Shown here: piece after piece, positions 41,330 through 57,027 of the stretch
Layout of the letters: each line of letters opens with the position of its first letter
Numbering within the stretch: position 1 is the stretch's first letter
Source of the DNA: the human T2T-CHM13v2.0 reference genome, Homo sapiens
Assembly: GCF_009914755.1 (NCBI RefSeq)
Contig: NC_060926.1
DNA length: 64,000 nt
Direction: 5' to 3' (one strand)
Translations under genes and position numbers: made by a program
Notes under the pieces: generated by a model
Told to the model about the DNA's origin: nothing
What the model saw: only the letters and a program-made list of their open reading frames with translations
Database searches by the model: none

Positions 41330-42200
41330 TCCCGCACCTCGCCATCTTCCTTTCATCTTCAACCCCCTGCACTCCTGTCCTCTCCTAATGACCACCAGGT
41401 CCATTATCTAGGATTCTCTTTCATTTCTTGAACTTTGCACAACATTTGGTGTTCTTGACCACTCTCTGCTCCTTAAAATGTTGCCCACCTGTTTTCTGAG
41501 TTATCCATTTCTCCTCATTTTCTTTCTTGTCCAGCTGCTCTATATTTGGACTTCTCTTTACTGTCCTCCCTTCCTCTCAAACCTTAGCCTCCCCTACAGT
41601 TCAGCCCTCAGCCCTCTGCTCATTCTGCACGTTTGCCCTGTGGCAGCTCATCTTCTGTTTTCTTCTACTACCACCTATATGCCATTGATTCCATTGTAAA
41701 TCTGCATCTCCAGCCTTGAAATCTTATCTGACATGTGTTCCAAATGTCTTTAACTCGACAAGTTCAAAACATCACTTCCCCAACTTCAATCCAGCATACT
41801 CCTTCTGTGTTTTCTATCTCAATGAATGAAACCTGCTTCACCAAGTTTAAAACCCAGGACAACTTCTTTGCCTTCTTCAACCTCTACATTTTATATAGAG
41901 ACTGTCTTTTCAGACTCTCTTGAATCTGCTCTTTCCTCCCTGTATCATAACCTTCATTACTGCCGTGGTTCGGGCCCTCATCCCTTCTCTTGAGGATTAT
42001 TGCAGTAGCCTCGCAACTGGTCTCTCTGGCTTCTGCCTGGCCTGTCTCCAATTTGTTCCTCATACTGCTGCCTTTCTAAAAGGCAAATCTGATTACAACT
42101 CTCCACTGCTTAAAATCCTTCAGAGGAGTTTCTGCATCTTCAGGTTAAAATGTAAGCTCCCTGGCATGGCACGAAAGCTTCTTTGTGATCTGGGCCTTCC
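41330..42200 (+). mobile_element. L2 fragment
   Basis: Pyrimidine-rich L2 motifs: ttgaccactctctgctcctt, aaatctgcatctccagcc, gattattgcagtagcctc, aaatctgattac...ctgcttaaaatccttca. Confidence 0.8.
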
Positions 42201-42319
42201 CTTCAGGTGTGTGTCAGTCTCCTCTAATGATCCTGGTCCCCACTGTCTGCCCCTGCCCGTAGCATCTCCACTAAAGGAAAGAAATGATAGGAGGGATGGG
42301 AATAGAGGCGAGATGATAG

Positions 42320-42687
42320 ACCTGCTGTTCAGTACTGTAGCCACTAGCTACATGTGGCTGTTGGGCACTGGAAATACAGCTAGTCCAAGTTGAGATGTGC
42401 GTAAGTGTAAAATACACCATGCTTTGAGACTATATAAAAAAATGTAAAATTTCTTATTTAACAAATTGTAATATTGGTTACATGTTGAAACAGCAATAGT
42501 TTTGATATAGTAGGTTAAACAAAATATATTACTAAAATTAATTTCACATATTTCTTTTTATTTTTAAAAATGTGATTACTTAGTGGACGTTACCATGCGA
42601 CATAAAGAAATAATAAAATAAAATGTGATTACTAGAAAATTAAACATCACCTGTGTGCTCACATTATAGTTCTGTTGGACAGCATTG
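42320..42687. mobile_element. MER33/MER3-like hAT-Charlie element
   Basis: TIR-like gctgttcagta...tgttggacagcattg; gtagccactagctacatgtggct. Confidence 0.82.
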
Positions 42688-43367
42688 TTAGGGAACATCT
42701 CATTCCCAGGAGATGCATCCTGTACGAGCCAAGCCCACGAGCTTTTTGAATGATTAAGTCAGCCCTATTGGCATAGAGAAGTAGCAGTTGCTCAGTTTTT
42801 TCAGTCCAGAGGTATGAAATGTTTGGATAAGATTCAGAATTGGAGAGACAGCTTCTGAACGCTATAGCCAGGAGTTACATGTACAATGGGCATAGTGTGG
42901 AAAGCACTATTAAAGCACATCTGTCTCAGCAGGCCCACCCAGCCATCATCAGAAGTGGGAGGCAGGAATTCTCGTGGTATGGTAGAGGAAGGATTTGAGG
43001 TAGACAGGAGGAACAAGGGAAGGGAAAGTGGAATCACATTCCCTGGAAGCCTCCTATTTGTGAGGCACCAGCTGAAACCCTGAGAGCCAGGTCTCTGAGA
43101 TTCCCCATCCTGCCGTTGATTCTTCCTAGTGGGCTAAGTCCCAACTCCCCTACTGTCTGGCTGTAGGATCCTGAACAAATTAATGAATCAACGAATCTGG
43201 AGTCCGAATATTATGCACACCATACAGTCATAATGTGTCAAACAAAATGATGTGACCCACACTGATAAGGGCTCTACAGAAGTTAGTTATGCCTTAAGAC
43301 ACTGAGGGCAGTAATCTGTGGATGAGTTGGCCTGAAGGGCTTTGAGGGAAGGGCATACGGACTGTCA

Positions 43368-43666
<299 letters not shown>

Positions 43667-44814
43667 TCACGATGGAAAAGCCAACCTGTGATAGGAAACC
43701 AGATCTTACCAGGTTGGATCAGGAAGGGGAACCCTCCTGGAAGAGGTGATGGGAAGAAACTGTGACTATAAAGAGAACAGTCCAGTGGGATTAGATTCCA
43801 GTGAAATCTGATAGGCAGTGTGACTCAGTGTCTTCTCTAGTGGTGGTTTGCCTGCTGTAGTCTGTTGGACTCTTAAATTCTGAGAACTTCCTCTCTTGGT
43901 TTCAACCTGGGCGGCTGTTTTTATTTGCTTCATGAGTAGGCATTTTGTATAAGATTTTGTTAGGGGCAAAGGTTCTTGTGCTAAAAACAGAAGTTTGAAA
44001 GTCCTACATTATAGAAAATGGCCTGAGAGGAGTGGTAACTACCTTGATGTGATTATTTCTCCCTCATTCGCAGGATCTAGGACCAGTTTAGGCCCTTTCC
44101 AGAGGGCATACAGCTTCCTTTCATCTGAGGCTTAGCGACTTCGCGGACCAACCATGCAGTTTGCCTTGTCCAGGTAGTTTAGCCAGGTAGCCATAACTCA
44201 GTCTTGTTCTTGGGTAAACAAGTTTTCACTTTTGTACTGGGTTCCACCTTGTCTCCTGCATTCCCAAGTCCTGGATTTGTGTTCTTGTGGAGGGACCCCA
44301 AGTTGTCTTAGTTAAGGATCCTGTCATGTTTCTCCAAGCCTTCTTGGGACAGTAGTGTCCCTAGGGTTGGGCCACTGCTACTCCCTTCTAGGCCTCTTTA
44401 GTACTGAGAACTACCAGCAAGGGTCAGGAAACTTGATAGATATTTAGAATTGAATAATTTGCCTGGAGCTTGGCTTTTCCCTGGCTCCAGACCCCTGAGA
44501 GCAAATATTCTTGCTAGTTTGCAGTCCCGCTGGTCTCTGAGTCCCATTTGTACAACTTGGAAGGAGAAAGGAAGACAGATATAGGGCTGATTTTCTTAAA
44601 TTATGGTGCATTCATATCTTTGTCTCTAGTGGGAAGGTTGGTCTTATGTGTGTATGAGAAAGGTGGCCGCCTTTATGTTGTGGTTTCAGAATCCATACTG
44701 CTGAAAAGGGCACTTCAAATATCAAGTTTCTCTTTTTTGCTCTCCAATATGTGAAAGCCTACGTTATAAAAACTCTATTTAGTTTCCTATGACCAGTATG
44801 ATTTAGAAGAAAAA

Positions 44815-45010
44815 GAGGACGGGCTTTGGCACTTGAAAGACCTGATTTTGAGTCATGCCATTGCTGGCTATATGAATTTGAGCAAGTTATTTAATCTTTC
44901 TGGACCCCAGTTTTCTCATGTATGAAGCAAAGTGAGTAACGCCTACAATTCTGTTATGATTTTGTTGTGACTAAATAAGATAAAATATAAAGTGCCTGGC
45001 ACCAGGGCCT
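44815..45010 (+). mobile_element. MIR
   Basis: ttgagcaagttatttaatctttctggaccccagttttctcat...aaagtgcctggcac. Confidence 0.75.
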
Positions 45011-46881
45011 AAAATGCAAATGCTATGGAGGTGGTAAGTCAAACTTATCCTCATATCTCAGTATATCTCAATTCACCCTCCTTATGTTGAATAATTTTAT
45101 AGACCTTTCCCTGAGACTGATCAGGAAGAGGATATGAAATCTGGGGCAAGGGGCCCAGATTTTACCCAGCCAAGGGTGACAAAGGACCAGAAGGAAGTTG
45201 CCTTCACATTTTGCCTAAGTCCCATTCTCCCTATGCTTTGCATTTGTGAAAATATTCATCTGAGATTATAGGTACAGCATGAAGCCTTGGAAAAAAGGCA
45301 TGTTTACATCCTCTGCCAGGATAGCATAACAATTAACAAAGCAGGTTTTTGAATCTCTGAATAGTCAGGTGCACTGCCATCAAAATAAACTTTTATTTCT
45401 ATTCTTTGCTGATAGATTACAAATAAAGCCACTAAAATATCCTGAAAAAGAAGATTTATATATGAATTGGACACCAGGGACAGATTTTTCACACTTATTT
45501 TGTTGGAGCAGTTTTTTCCTTAGCTGTGGGTGTTTGGGAAGTTCTTTTGTTGTAGCTTTTGTTGCTTACAAGAGGGAAAAAGCTTTAGTATGCTAAGGTA
45601 AGAATGATTTTGATTGGAGGCAATATTGTTCTCAGTGTGGGCTGACTTTCACGTATTGTAGTGATTACCAGTACATAACTGAGAAAACCCATTTGTTGAA
45701 GTGCTGTAAACAGCAGAGAGTCTGATCTCACATACTGCCCTGATCGACAAGTGTTTATTGTAGGAATGTGGTCAGTCCTGTAATTTTTTAAGGGAAAAGG
45801 GGAAGATGTTATGCCAGTCACTGTGATTGCAAATGCCCTGATCTGGCAGGTCTTTTTCCTTTCTCGTTTATTTCTCCTGTGGAATCTGAATGGTGGATTC
45901 AGTACATGTACTGAGCTTCCAGTGACTTGGTCAGCTCTTGATGCAATTGATCACACCACTGTAATTCCATACCCTCAATTTTAGTGCCATATCAAAATCA
46001 TGAACACTCAAGGAGACCATGTAAATCTACGTCCTCAAAAATTAGAAATAATGGCATTAAAAATGTTATTTAGTGCTGGTTTGTAGCACTGAATATATGA
46101 ACTCATTCATTGTTCTGGTACTCCCTGAACAAGAACTGTTTCGGTTGCAGTGGATGATATCAACTAAGGTTTCCATGGCAGCACTAATTTATAATATGAA
46201 AACTTTTGTGGAATTTCACCTTCTGGACTCTTCTCGATTGCATTTAAATTTACATTTTCCCCTCATTTATTAAGGTGAGGCATATTTAGATATTACTTAC
46301 ATGTGTGTACTAGGAGTATCTTCATGAAACTCACTGATAAGAAATTACACGTGTAGAAAGCAGACAATGGAAACGGAAAATGGATACTGTGGTCTAACAT
46401 CTCACCAAATGCAGGAATTCTTTCCACATTATCCCAGTTGCCATTTGAACCAGCCAGGAACGAGGAGTTTGGTCAACATTTTATGAAGCCAAATAATGCT
46501 AATGACAGTAGTCTGCAGTGCTCCGGACCCTAAGCCCATTTCGATTTGGACTTCATGTTATTTGTGATTGGACCAATACTCCATCAAGCACAGGTGGACA
46601 CAGATATTTGTAAAACCTCTTCCCCAGTGGTGCACTGAAACCTGCCTCCCTGCAGCTTCCCTGTTGGTCTTCCATCCGCCCTTTGAATGCCACAGAATAA
46701 ATATGCACCTTCTGTGTGGTCGCTCTTCAAATATTTGACCATAGCTATTGTATCTCCTCCTCGAAGTCTTCTCCTTTCAGGGTTATGCAGTGCTAGTTCT
46801 CTTAACTGATAGTTCTCATCCTGTTAACATTCCTCTAGGCACCCACTACTCTATCAATGCCATCTTAAAAATAGTGCATCT

Positions 46882-47248
<367 letters not shown>

Positions 47249-48829
47249 CTATTCACTCCCTTGATCAGGGCACTCTTTTATTAATCTAGTCAAATATTGT
47301 GTGGGCCTCACATGTAAATCAGGAACAGCACATTGTTTGTTCACATACGAAGCTAAAGAAAACTTCCAAGCCTTTTTTCCTAACAACTGCTACAAAGCCA
47401 GGTCTCCTTTGTTCTTTACTTGAGCAGTGAATCATGTGTGCCTACTTAGAGGACTTTACATACATTTATCCTTCTACATTTTGTCTCTTTTTGTTAAATT
47501 ATTTTTCCTCTTTATCAAGACAGCTTTGAATTCTAAAATTTTTAAATTCGATATATTAATGATGTTAGACTCTTACTTATTTATCAGTTGCACACTTGGA
47601 AATGTTACTTTGTCGTTGATAAAATGTTGACCAAGACAGGCCAAAGATAGGGCCCTGTGACATTCTGCAAGAGAATTATTAACATCAGTATGTGAATTTT
47701 TTTTTTAAACTAGCTTGACAGTCTTTCACTTGTTTACTTTGTTATCCAAGAGCATAGAGTCAGGGAAAGACTTAGTCAAATGCTTTAGTAATGAGATCAT
47801 TATTGGTCTACTTATTGCCACACAGTAGAACCCTATGATAAAGAATAAGATTCATGAGAGTAATTTTTAGATTGCATTAATTTTTCTTCTGAAAAATTTC
47901 TTGAAAAAGCATATCTAAGTCACCTTATTTTTAATGTATCTAAGAGAAAATAATTTTGTAAAATAAAATCAAACTTCACCTATCATTTCAACTCATGAAC
48001 TTGTTTGGTTCAAAGGAATTGCTATGTAATACATCATTCTATTCTCTTTACAGAATCATTACTCTTAAAGAGAATTGGTGGGGTGACAGGAAATTACTCC
48101 ATAGGTGTCACTCCAGCACATCATGATATTCTCATCTCCTGGGACAGAGTCGTCAGGCTGAGGCATGTCCTAACAGTGTGCCAGCCTGTGTAGATGGCTC
48201 CATGACAGTATCAGTAACGTGACCATGACAGAGAGAGCTCTGATGGCATTGTGTCACTAATGGATGTGTTTTCACTAAGCTGAAAATTCTGTATTATTTG
48301 AAAAGAGGTTTATTTTTCTTCCCACACAAATTATTTGACTCTCATATTAATGTCAAATAGCTGTCAAGTAACACATATGGTGCTTTCTGTGCTATATTTT
48401 ATTGTACTCATGTACAAAATAGTTTTTTTAAAAACATGTTCTCTGCCTTGGACTAGATAGAAAAAATAATTTAAAAGAATAGTATTCTTAAGAAACACAA
48501 ATCTATAATATATCAAGGAATAAATGAGTGCTTCATAAAAATACTAGTATTTGTGTCTATATTTTTCAGAGTACTTTCATGCATTTTCTTTTTTGAAAAA
48601 AAATCTGATGTTAAAAATAATACATACTCTTTGAATTTGGAAGCTACTGAAATGGATAAAAAATTAAAAGTCAGCTCAAATTCCACCTCTCAGAGATTGT
48701 CACTGTTAGCATTTGGTGTTTCCCTTTCAGATGTGCATTTGTGTGAGGTTGTGAGTGTGTGTGCATGTGTATATTTGTGTGTTTTAAACTAGCTCTTGGT
48801 GGACCCAGGACGTTTGTACAGAAGAATCA

Positions 48830-49080
48830 GCATGACATAGTCGGTAAAGAGCTTTGGAATCAGGCACTTGGAGATTTCAGCTCTGGCTATACAACTTACG
48901 TAGTGACTATGAATTCCTTAAACTCTCTAAACCTTAATTTCTACTTCTATAAAATGAGGATAATAATACTATATACCTAGTAAGTTTATTGTAAAAATTA
49001 ATAAGATAATGCAGATAAAGTACATAGCATGGTTCTTGGACCATAGCATATGCTCAGCAAATGTGAACTATTTTTATTAT
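48830..49080 (+). mobile_element. MIR (opposite-strand MIR at ~49360-49570)
   Basis: ctataaaatgaggataataatac...tgctcagcaaatgtgaactatt. Confidence 0.75.
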
Positions 49081-52000
49081 GCAGGTTTTCTTTTCTGCTT
49101 TCTTCACTTAAATTATAGGGTAAAAATTTCCTTGTCATAAAATATTATTTGAAAAATATTTAGAATGACTGCATAAATTTCAGTATATGAATGTGCTTTA
49201 ATGTTATTCTATGGATAAACAATTTTTAATTTATTGTGATCACAAAGAACACCACAGCTGATATCGTTTACATTATGTTTTGTGAATAGACAACAAATTC
49301 AAAGTGAATTACTAATCGCATTTTATGGAGAGGCAGAAAAAAACTTACAGTTCTTTAGTGTCTATTAATGTTCCAGGTTATATGCTATGTTCTTTACAAT
49401 AAAATTCTCTTTAACTTTCACATCCCCTTTGAGGTAAGTCTGTTACGCCCATTTTTCAGATGACAGAGCTCTGAGGGGAGATAAGTCATTCGCTCAAGGT
49501 CACAGAGAGATAGTGGTGGTAGAGATGGTGTTTGAAGCCAGCGTCAGATTTCAAAGCTTATGCTTTTTCCATTCTGGCATGTAGTTCATGCCTATCTTTT
49601 TGAGGCTTGCAGAATGAATAGTTAGCATTGTGCCTTCTACAAAATGTCACTTGGTGCCACATGAAAGATAGGATACTTGGCTGGAATGCTTGACTTACTC
49701 AATATAGTACCTCTTGCGTGTGTGTATTCTTATATGTTTTGGAATCAAGCCTCATTAAAATAAGGTGTTAACTAAAGGAAATGAAGCATTGATATGATTA
49801 TTTGATGAAAGGAAACCTCAAGGAAGAAAATATTCATTGAGTTGATAATATGAAACTCTTCTTTGTTTTAGTTGTACGGACTAAGCCAGAATCACTTATC
49901 TCCCCAGGAATCAGGGTATTTCACATAAGTCAGTTTAGGAATTAAGCAATAACAACAGCCAAAGTAAATTGATGCTGTCAAAGGAATTGTATGTTTCATT
50001 ACTTGTATATCAGGGGTTGAATGTAAAAAAATACCTCTTTAGCCTTTGCTGTAAGCTGATACATCAGGAAAGAGCTGTAATAATTGCTATAGGTATAAGT
50101 ATAGGTATACGAGAGACAAAGTATACTAGGATAAGCCCTCAAAGAATTATTTGGTGAACTGACAAGTTGTCTTTAAAAAGTCAGCCATTCGGAACATTTC
50201 TCTTGGCAGCTCTCAAATCTGACTTACAGTGTGTACTGTGGCAGCCAATTTTGTAGGAAAAATGCATAATTAATGTGAAGATCAAGGTACAGGTATTGCC
50301 AGTCAGTACCTAACACACAGTTTCTTAGAACAAAGGAGCAATTGAAGTTGTCTTTTGATAGGGTAATCCTGATTTGTCATTTTGTGGGTTTCAATTCTTA
50401 GTAAAAATGGGGGAAAAAACCCAACTCTAGGAGTAATATTTCATATCTGAGAGGTACTTTGTTGCAGAGTTTATAACCAACTGTTGTCTAGTCAAGAAAG
50501 CTATCTTTGGTTTTTGAGATCTCGAATTTTTATAGCCTTTGAGCTTGCTCATTTTTGTCTTAGGATTATTCTGGTTTCCCTCCAGTCATTTTAGTTTTTG
50601 CAAGGGAGAAACAGTATCACTTATGGACCCAAGGCCAAAAAGGCTTCAGATCTCGACAGAACATGACCACCAACTTGGCATGTTGGTACTAGCAAGTTAA
50701 ATTTGAACTTACTATGCAACTAGTGAATAGTTAGAACTGTGAACAGAGAATTAGCTATGGGATCTGCAGGTTGGATTTACAGCATGGCTCCATTGTGTGG
50801 TAGCTGTCTACCCCTGGGCAAACAGCTTTCCTATCCCTGAGAGTCCTCAGCTCTCAAATGGAGATAATGACTACTATATAGTCAGAGATCATTTGGAGGG
50901 TCAGATGTATTGAGCAAACCATTGGTTCACCCAAAAGTTTGCTTATGATTTGTTTCTAGGTGATTAATAATGGCTTGAGCCATTATACCATTTAAAATAT
51001 TTAATGAGAATATTTTAAATATTCTCATGAGCCAATATACCATTTAAAATATTTTCAAATGAAGTATGGGAATATTTGTAAGATAAATGTAGAAATATAT
51101 AACTCCTGGGGCTAACCTCACCAGACCCTTCTAACTCTTTGCTTAGACTTTATCCAGTAATAATGGGACAGGCCCTTTTACTGCCCTGGAAACCCCTGGT
51201 GCCTAGCTTAGAGTCTCTCAGAGTTTGGATGCTCACACCCAGGGCATATTCCTCTAATGAGGGAAGGGGGCCTTTTGACTTCAATAGGTGGTTCCTTTGA
51301 TCACAGTAAAGACCTTTATAGAAATAGGCATTTAGATCTATTATGTTGTTCTAAGATAGAAACAAAACTGGTATTTGATGTGTATTTTACTCTTCAATAA
51401 GAAAGGCTCAGAGAAAAAGACTATAAGGTAGAAAAAAGATTTCAGAAGATTGCATTACAGAAAATTATAGGCAACTCTTTTATTATTAAAGTAATGCAAG
51501 TGCTGGAGGGGACAGGAAAGGGAACGGGAATTTGGGAACTTTGACACTGGGTAGCATCCGTGCAGAGGTTTTTGGAGGTCTCTCTTGGTTCTTCCCCCCA
51601 GTTCTGGTGATGTAGTGAAGGGCTCAGAAACTGCTTCTGGGTCTGACTGCAAGAGAGTAAATCCCAACCCTGGGGCTGCACTGACTCCCTTATCCTGGGC
51701 GGCTATGTTCTGACCTCCTTGGCTTTTATGGCCTCCCATACAGTCACTGTGGATCGCCCTTTATCTTAGTCCCTTAAGACAACAGGATTTGCTCATTGAC
51801 CACCCTTGCTTGGACTATACTGTAGGACCTTGAAGGTGTTTCAGGCAATTAATGATTGAAATGTCTCTGTGGAGTTCCTGAGGGATGTAAGTGTGTGAGC
51901 TAAGTGCTGGACATTTTAGACAAACCTCTGTGACTGCTTTGCAGTAGAGAGCCCACCCAAGGCCCACTGGTCCCAGGACTCTCTGAGCATGCCAGGTGGT

Positions 52001-52946
52001 GAGGGTCAACCTGCTTGCTATTCTCATTTGGAATCAATTTCTAAATTTTATTTCTCCTTCGACACAGGGAACTATTCTGAATTTCCCTTCTTTGCTTTGG
52101 TACCAAAGCTTTCATTGAGCTCATCAGCTATTTCCTGAGTGTCTCCTCTGCACCAGGCACTGTGAGAGGAACAAAGGGAAATCAGGTCTTGAAAGGAAAG
52201 AATGTGCATGCCTTAGGTAAGAAGCAAGATGTGTCTCCAGAGTTGAGAGAAGGGAGAACTGAAGATGCAGTGAATTTTTTTCTGTTGTACTTTCTATACA
52301 ATAAATTTTACTTCATAAAAATCTATACTAATATCCATTTGTGTGGCAAATTCCATTATAATGAAAATCTCTGTTATCCAGCAACTTAGGCAAGTATCAG
52401 CAGAGCACAATTTCAATACAGCAGAAGACTTTGGAGAGTCCCTTGGAGTGAGCTGAAATGGGATTTGACCTATATATTAAGCTTTTCATGGTTTTGATAT
52501 TTTTCATTTCCATGTGTCAACAAATACCCGACTTGATATTAAAGCCAGTTAAATCAATATTTCTTGCTGTAGTCAAGGTACAGCAACATATATCCAAGGG
52601 CAACAACTCCCCAACAGCCATATTTTGTTGAGAATATATATTTTATCATAAACCTGATTGAACTACCTTCAGAGGAAAAGGATGAAAACATCAACATAGC
52701 TATCATAAAAAAAGAAAAGCCAGGGAATCTATAATCTTGTACCTTACCCCTCATTTAAACAATTCCATAATTTATTTTGCTTTCTTTAATCATAAGGAAT
52801 GACAACATGGAAAATATTTTTATTGTGATAGCTGTGGTTTCTTTCTCTATCCTCAAATAGAGCTGCTTTAATCCTTCTCCCAAATTCCGTCCCATTCAAA
52901 GGATTTTTGAGCAGGTACATGTGAGCAAAGTGGCAGGTACAGCTGA

Positions 52947-53288
<342 letters not shown>

Positions 53289-53740
53289 TAATAATCAAAT
53301 AATTGTAATGGGAAGGAGAGTGGAGTAGAAGCCCATTTCTACTTACTCTTTCTCTGAAGTTTTAACTGTTTGACAATTTCTGGAAGTCACCTATTACAAA
53401 CTCAGTATTTCTATAAACAAATAGTCTGATGCATCAGTTTATAAACACCAACACATTTATTTACTATGTGTTATCAGAAAAGCCTCACTTATCTTCCTTG
53501 TGTTCTTTGACTAGGTGAGTACTTAACCATTTATTGGGCTCCTACTCTGTGCTAAGCACTTAAAATATTTCACCTCTCACAGGCAAAATGATGCTCAAGG
53601 CACATGCTATTGTTTATATTTTCCAGATAAACATGAGACTTCAGCTGCTAAGTAACTTATCAAAGGGCACCCAGGTAGAAAGGGTGTAGTCTGAGGTTTG
53701 AACCCAAGTTTGTCTGATTCCAGAGCCTTTTCACTTTTTT

Positions 53741-53872
53741 AGAGATGGGGTCTTGGGCTCTTCACAGATGCAATCATAGCACATAATAGCCTTGAACTCT
53801 GGGCTAAAGCTATCTTCTTGCCTCAGCCTCCCAGGTAGCTGGAGCTACAAGGGCTTGCCACCATGCCCAACT
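53741..53872 (-). mobile_element. Fossil Alu monomer (FAM-like), inside a MIR
   Basis: Retains 7SL-like ttcacagatgcaatcatagcaca; flanked by cctttt(t)cactttttt repeats. Confidence 0.7.
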
Positions 53873-54079
53873 CCTTTTCACTTTTTTAAGGCTGTTTTCC
53901 ATAATATATTCTGAGATTGAAAACAAAAATTCAGATTGTTAAAGTAGTACATACTCACTATAGAAAATTTAGAAAGCAGAGAAAATTATTAAAAAGAAGA
54001 AAAATTACCAATAATCCTTCACCCTAGGGATTATCACTACTGAAATTTCAATCGTTTTTCTCTCTAGGCTTAAGAAAGC

Positions 54080-54220
54080 TATTTATCCAAATGAGCATTT
54101 TTCCTCAAAGTTGTCCTCTTTGAGGAAAGATGTCCTCTTTGAGGTTTATGCATGTATTCCAACAATGTTGCCATTGCATAAAATAATTGTGGAATCCCTT
54201 TCAGAGCCAGTTTAGGAACC
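54080..54220. mobile_element. Possible MARNA (ancient mariner) fragment
   Basis: tcaaagttgtcc...tattccaacaatgttgccattgc...ttcagagcc resembles the recalled consensus. Confidence 0.5.
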
Positions 54221-54325
54221 AACTTTTCTATAGACTCCCAAGCACAGGTTACTTTGGTAGAAACATAGTAAAGACAGTATATCTGCTACCTGAAAACCTA
54301 TCAGAATAATGCATGATATGTTTGA

Positions 54326-55056
<731 letters not shown>

Positions 55057-55446
55057 CTATTGTAGTGGCAGATGGAATTTACCAAAGTGCTGCTTCTTTC
55101 CATGTCAAAGATTGATGGATATTTTGGGGAATGTCTAAAAGTCTTTATTAAAAATTTAATCCATAAATGTTTAATATCTCATTTGACAACTCATGTTATT
55201 TATTGCTTTGTCAACACAACAATGTTTGCCTTTTGTGGGGCATAAAGAAAATTAGAAAATTGTTTTTGTCAAAAGTGTGAAAAGCATATTTTAAAATCAA
55301 TTCCTTTTTAATGGAAGTATTACACTCACTAAATTATTACCCTCCAAGGAGTTTTTGTGAAAGCAAATGTATCTAGGTGAGATGAACTGATCTTTATATA
55401 AAGTCAGTTGCATTTATGTAGAAGTAAATGTTTCCCGTAGAAGCAG

Positions 55447-55487
55447 GCGTGTGCGGGCACACACACACACACACACATACACACGCA
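55447..55487. repeat. (CA)n-rich microsatellite
   Basis: Direct reading. Confidence 0.9.
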
Positions 55488-56519
55488 AACAAAAGATTTC
55501 TGTCAAAATAGCCATTGGTATACTTTATTAAAGAAAGTCAATTAAGTACCAGCTGAGTTCTTGTCACTTCGGTTTGTTGCATACAACACTACTAACTTGT
55601 AGAAAACAAATCTAACTTCCACCCAAGCATCCCATTGGTTTTCTTGTTTCTGCCTTATTTTTCACAGACATTCTTACCCTCCCCATCTGCTTAGCATGAC
55701 ACCCTACCCCTTCCCAGTCTGCTGGACACTTGGGGCACGTGGATCCTGGGTGTTAGACTGGTACAGATTGGGACAGACCAAGTGTGTACAGTTGTCCTCA
55801 GGGCTGCATTCTTCCCTTGTCTTCTGGTTGCCAAGATTTCATAGGATGAGAATTCACCATGCTTATGGAGGTCATTACAAAGTGTAGGCTGTGTCCTGTG
55901 TTATATCTTTGGCATTATTCATGGTGCCTAACATTGTGTTCAGTCAATGTTTGTTGGCTAAATGAAGGGTTATATTTTTTCAAAACTGGACTGGTAGGGA
56001 GAAAAAGTTAGTCCAAAAGAAAGTCACAGTTGTAAAGTAGAATCTCAGGGCTTAAAGTCTTTAGGTCAATCCTCTTATTTAAAGATTAAGCCCAGAGAGG
56101 TCAGCTGGCTTGGAGAAGGTCACCCAGAGAGTTGGTGCCAGAGCCAGGAACAGCATCTCGTGTCCTGAGGCCCCGTCCCCTTCTTTCCAGTGCCTCCCTC
56201 GCGGTTGTTCTCCAGTCATTTTGTGGAGGTCAATCTTCTGAGTCTCGTAGGACCAGTTAGCGGAGCATTTGAATCCCCACACAGTACTCAGCAGAGCATT
56301 AGAGACATAGGCATTATTAAGAAATATGTGAAGTGATGGGTGACCGAGTGAGTGATTGATTGGTTGACTTACGACCTTGGCACCCATCTTTCCACCTAAG
56401 TGGTTACTGGTTGAATGGTGAGTTCTTTGGGATTGTGTGTACTTTATAGGATATCTTTTGGAGAGGAGAGGATTATAACAAGAACAATAGCTAACATTAA
56501 ATTGGACAAGATATTTTGG

Positions 56520-56940
56520 TGAATAGTCCAGGCTCTGGAACTTGATTGCCAGCTACATTTTCATGAGACAGGTGATTTGACCTCTCTGGTGCCTCATTTT
56601 CCAACACCTGTAAAGTGCCAGTAATACCAGGGCCTACCTCAGAGTATTGAAGAGTTAGCCTATGTGAAGCCCTAGAACAATGCTAGACACTTCCTAAGCA
56701 GGCAATAAATGTTAGCTGTTGTTGGTGTATTTCACTATTATATGTTAGGCAGTGTGCTAAATGCATTACATATGTTATATATCATCCAGTCAACAACTTT
56801 GTGAGGAAGGTACTGTTATTATCCCCATCTTACAGTTGAATAAACTGAGGCACAGAGAGGTTACTCCACCTACCTGGAGTCACATAGCTGTTAAGTCATG
56901 GGTGAGGACGAATTCCCTGTCTTCTTGACTCCAGATCCTG
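56520..56940. mobile_element. Two MIRs tail-to-tail just upstream of exon 2
   Basis: Plus-strand core at ~56570-56620; minus-strand core atccccatcttacagttgaataaactgaggcacagagagg. Confidence 0.75.
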
Positions 56941-57027
56941 TGCTTGGGTTTTGAGTGTGATGGGAAATGGGTGGTGTGGCTACTAATTTGAGACCTGCCT
57001 GACTTCCCAAATTTCCATTTTTCCTAG

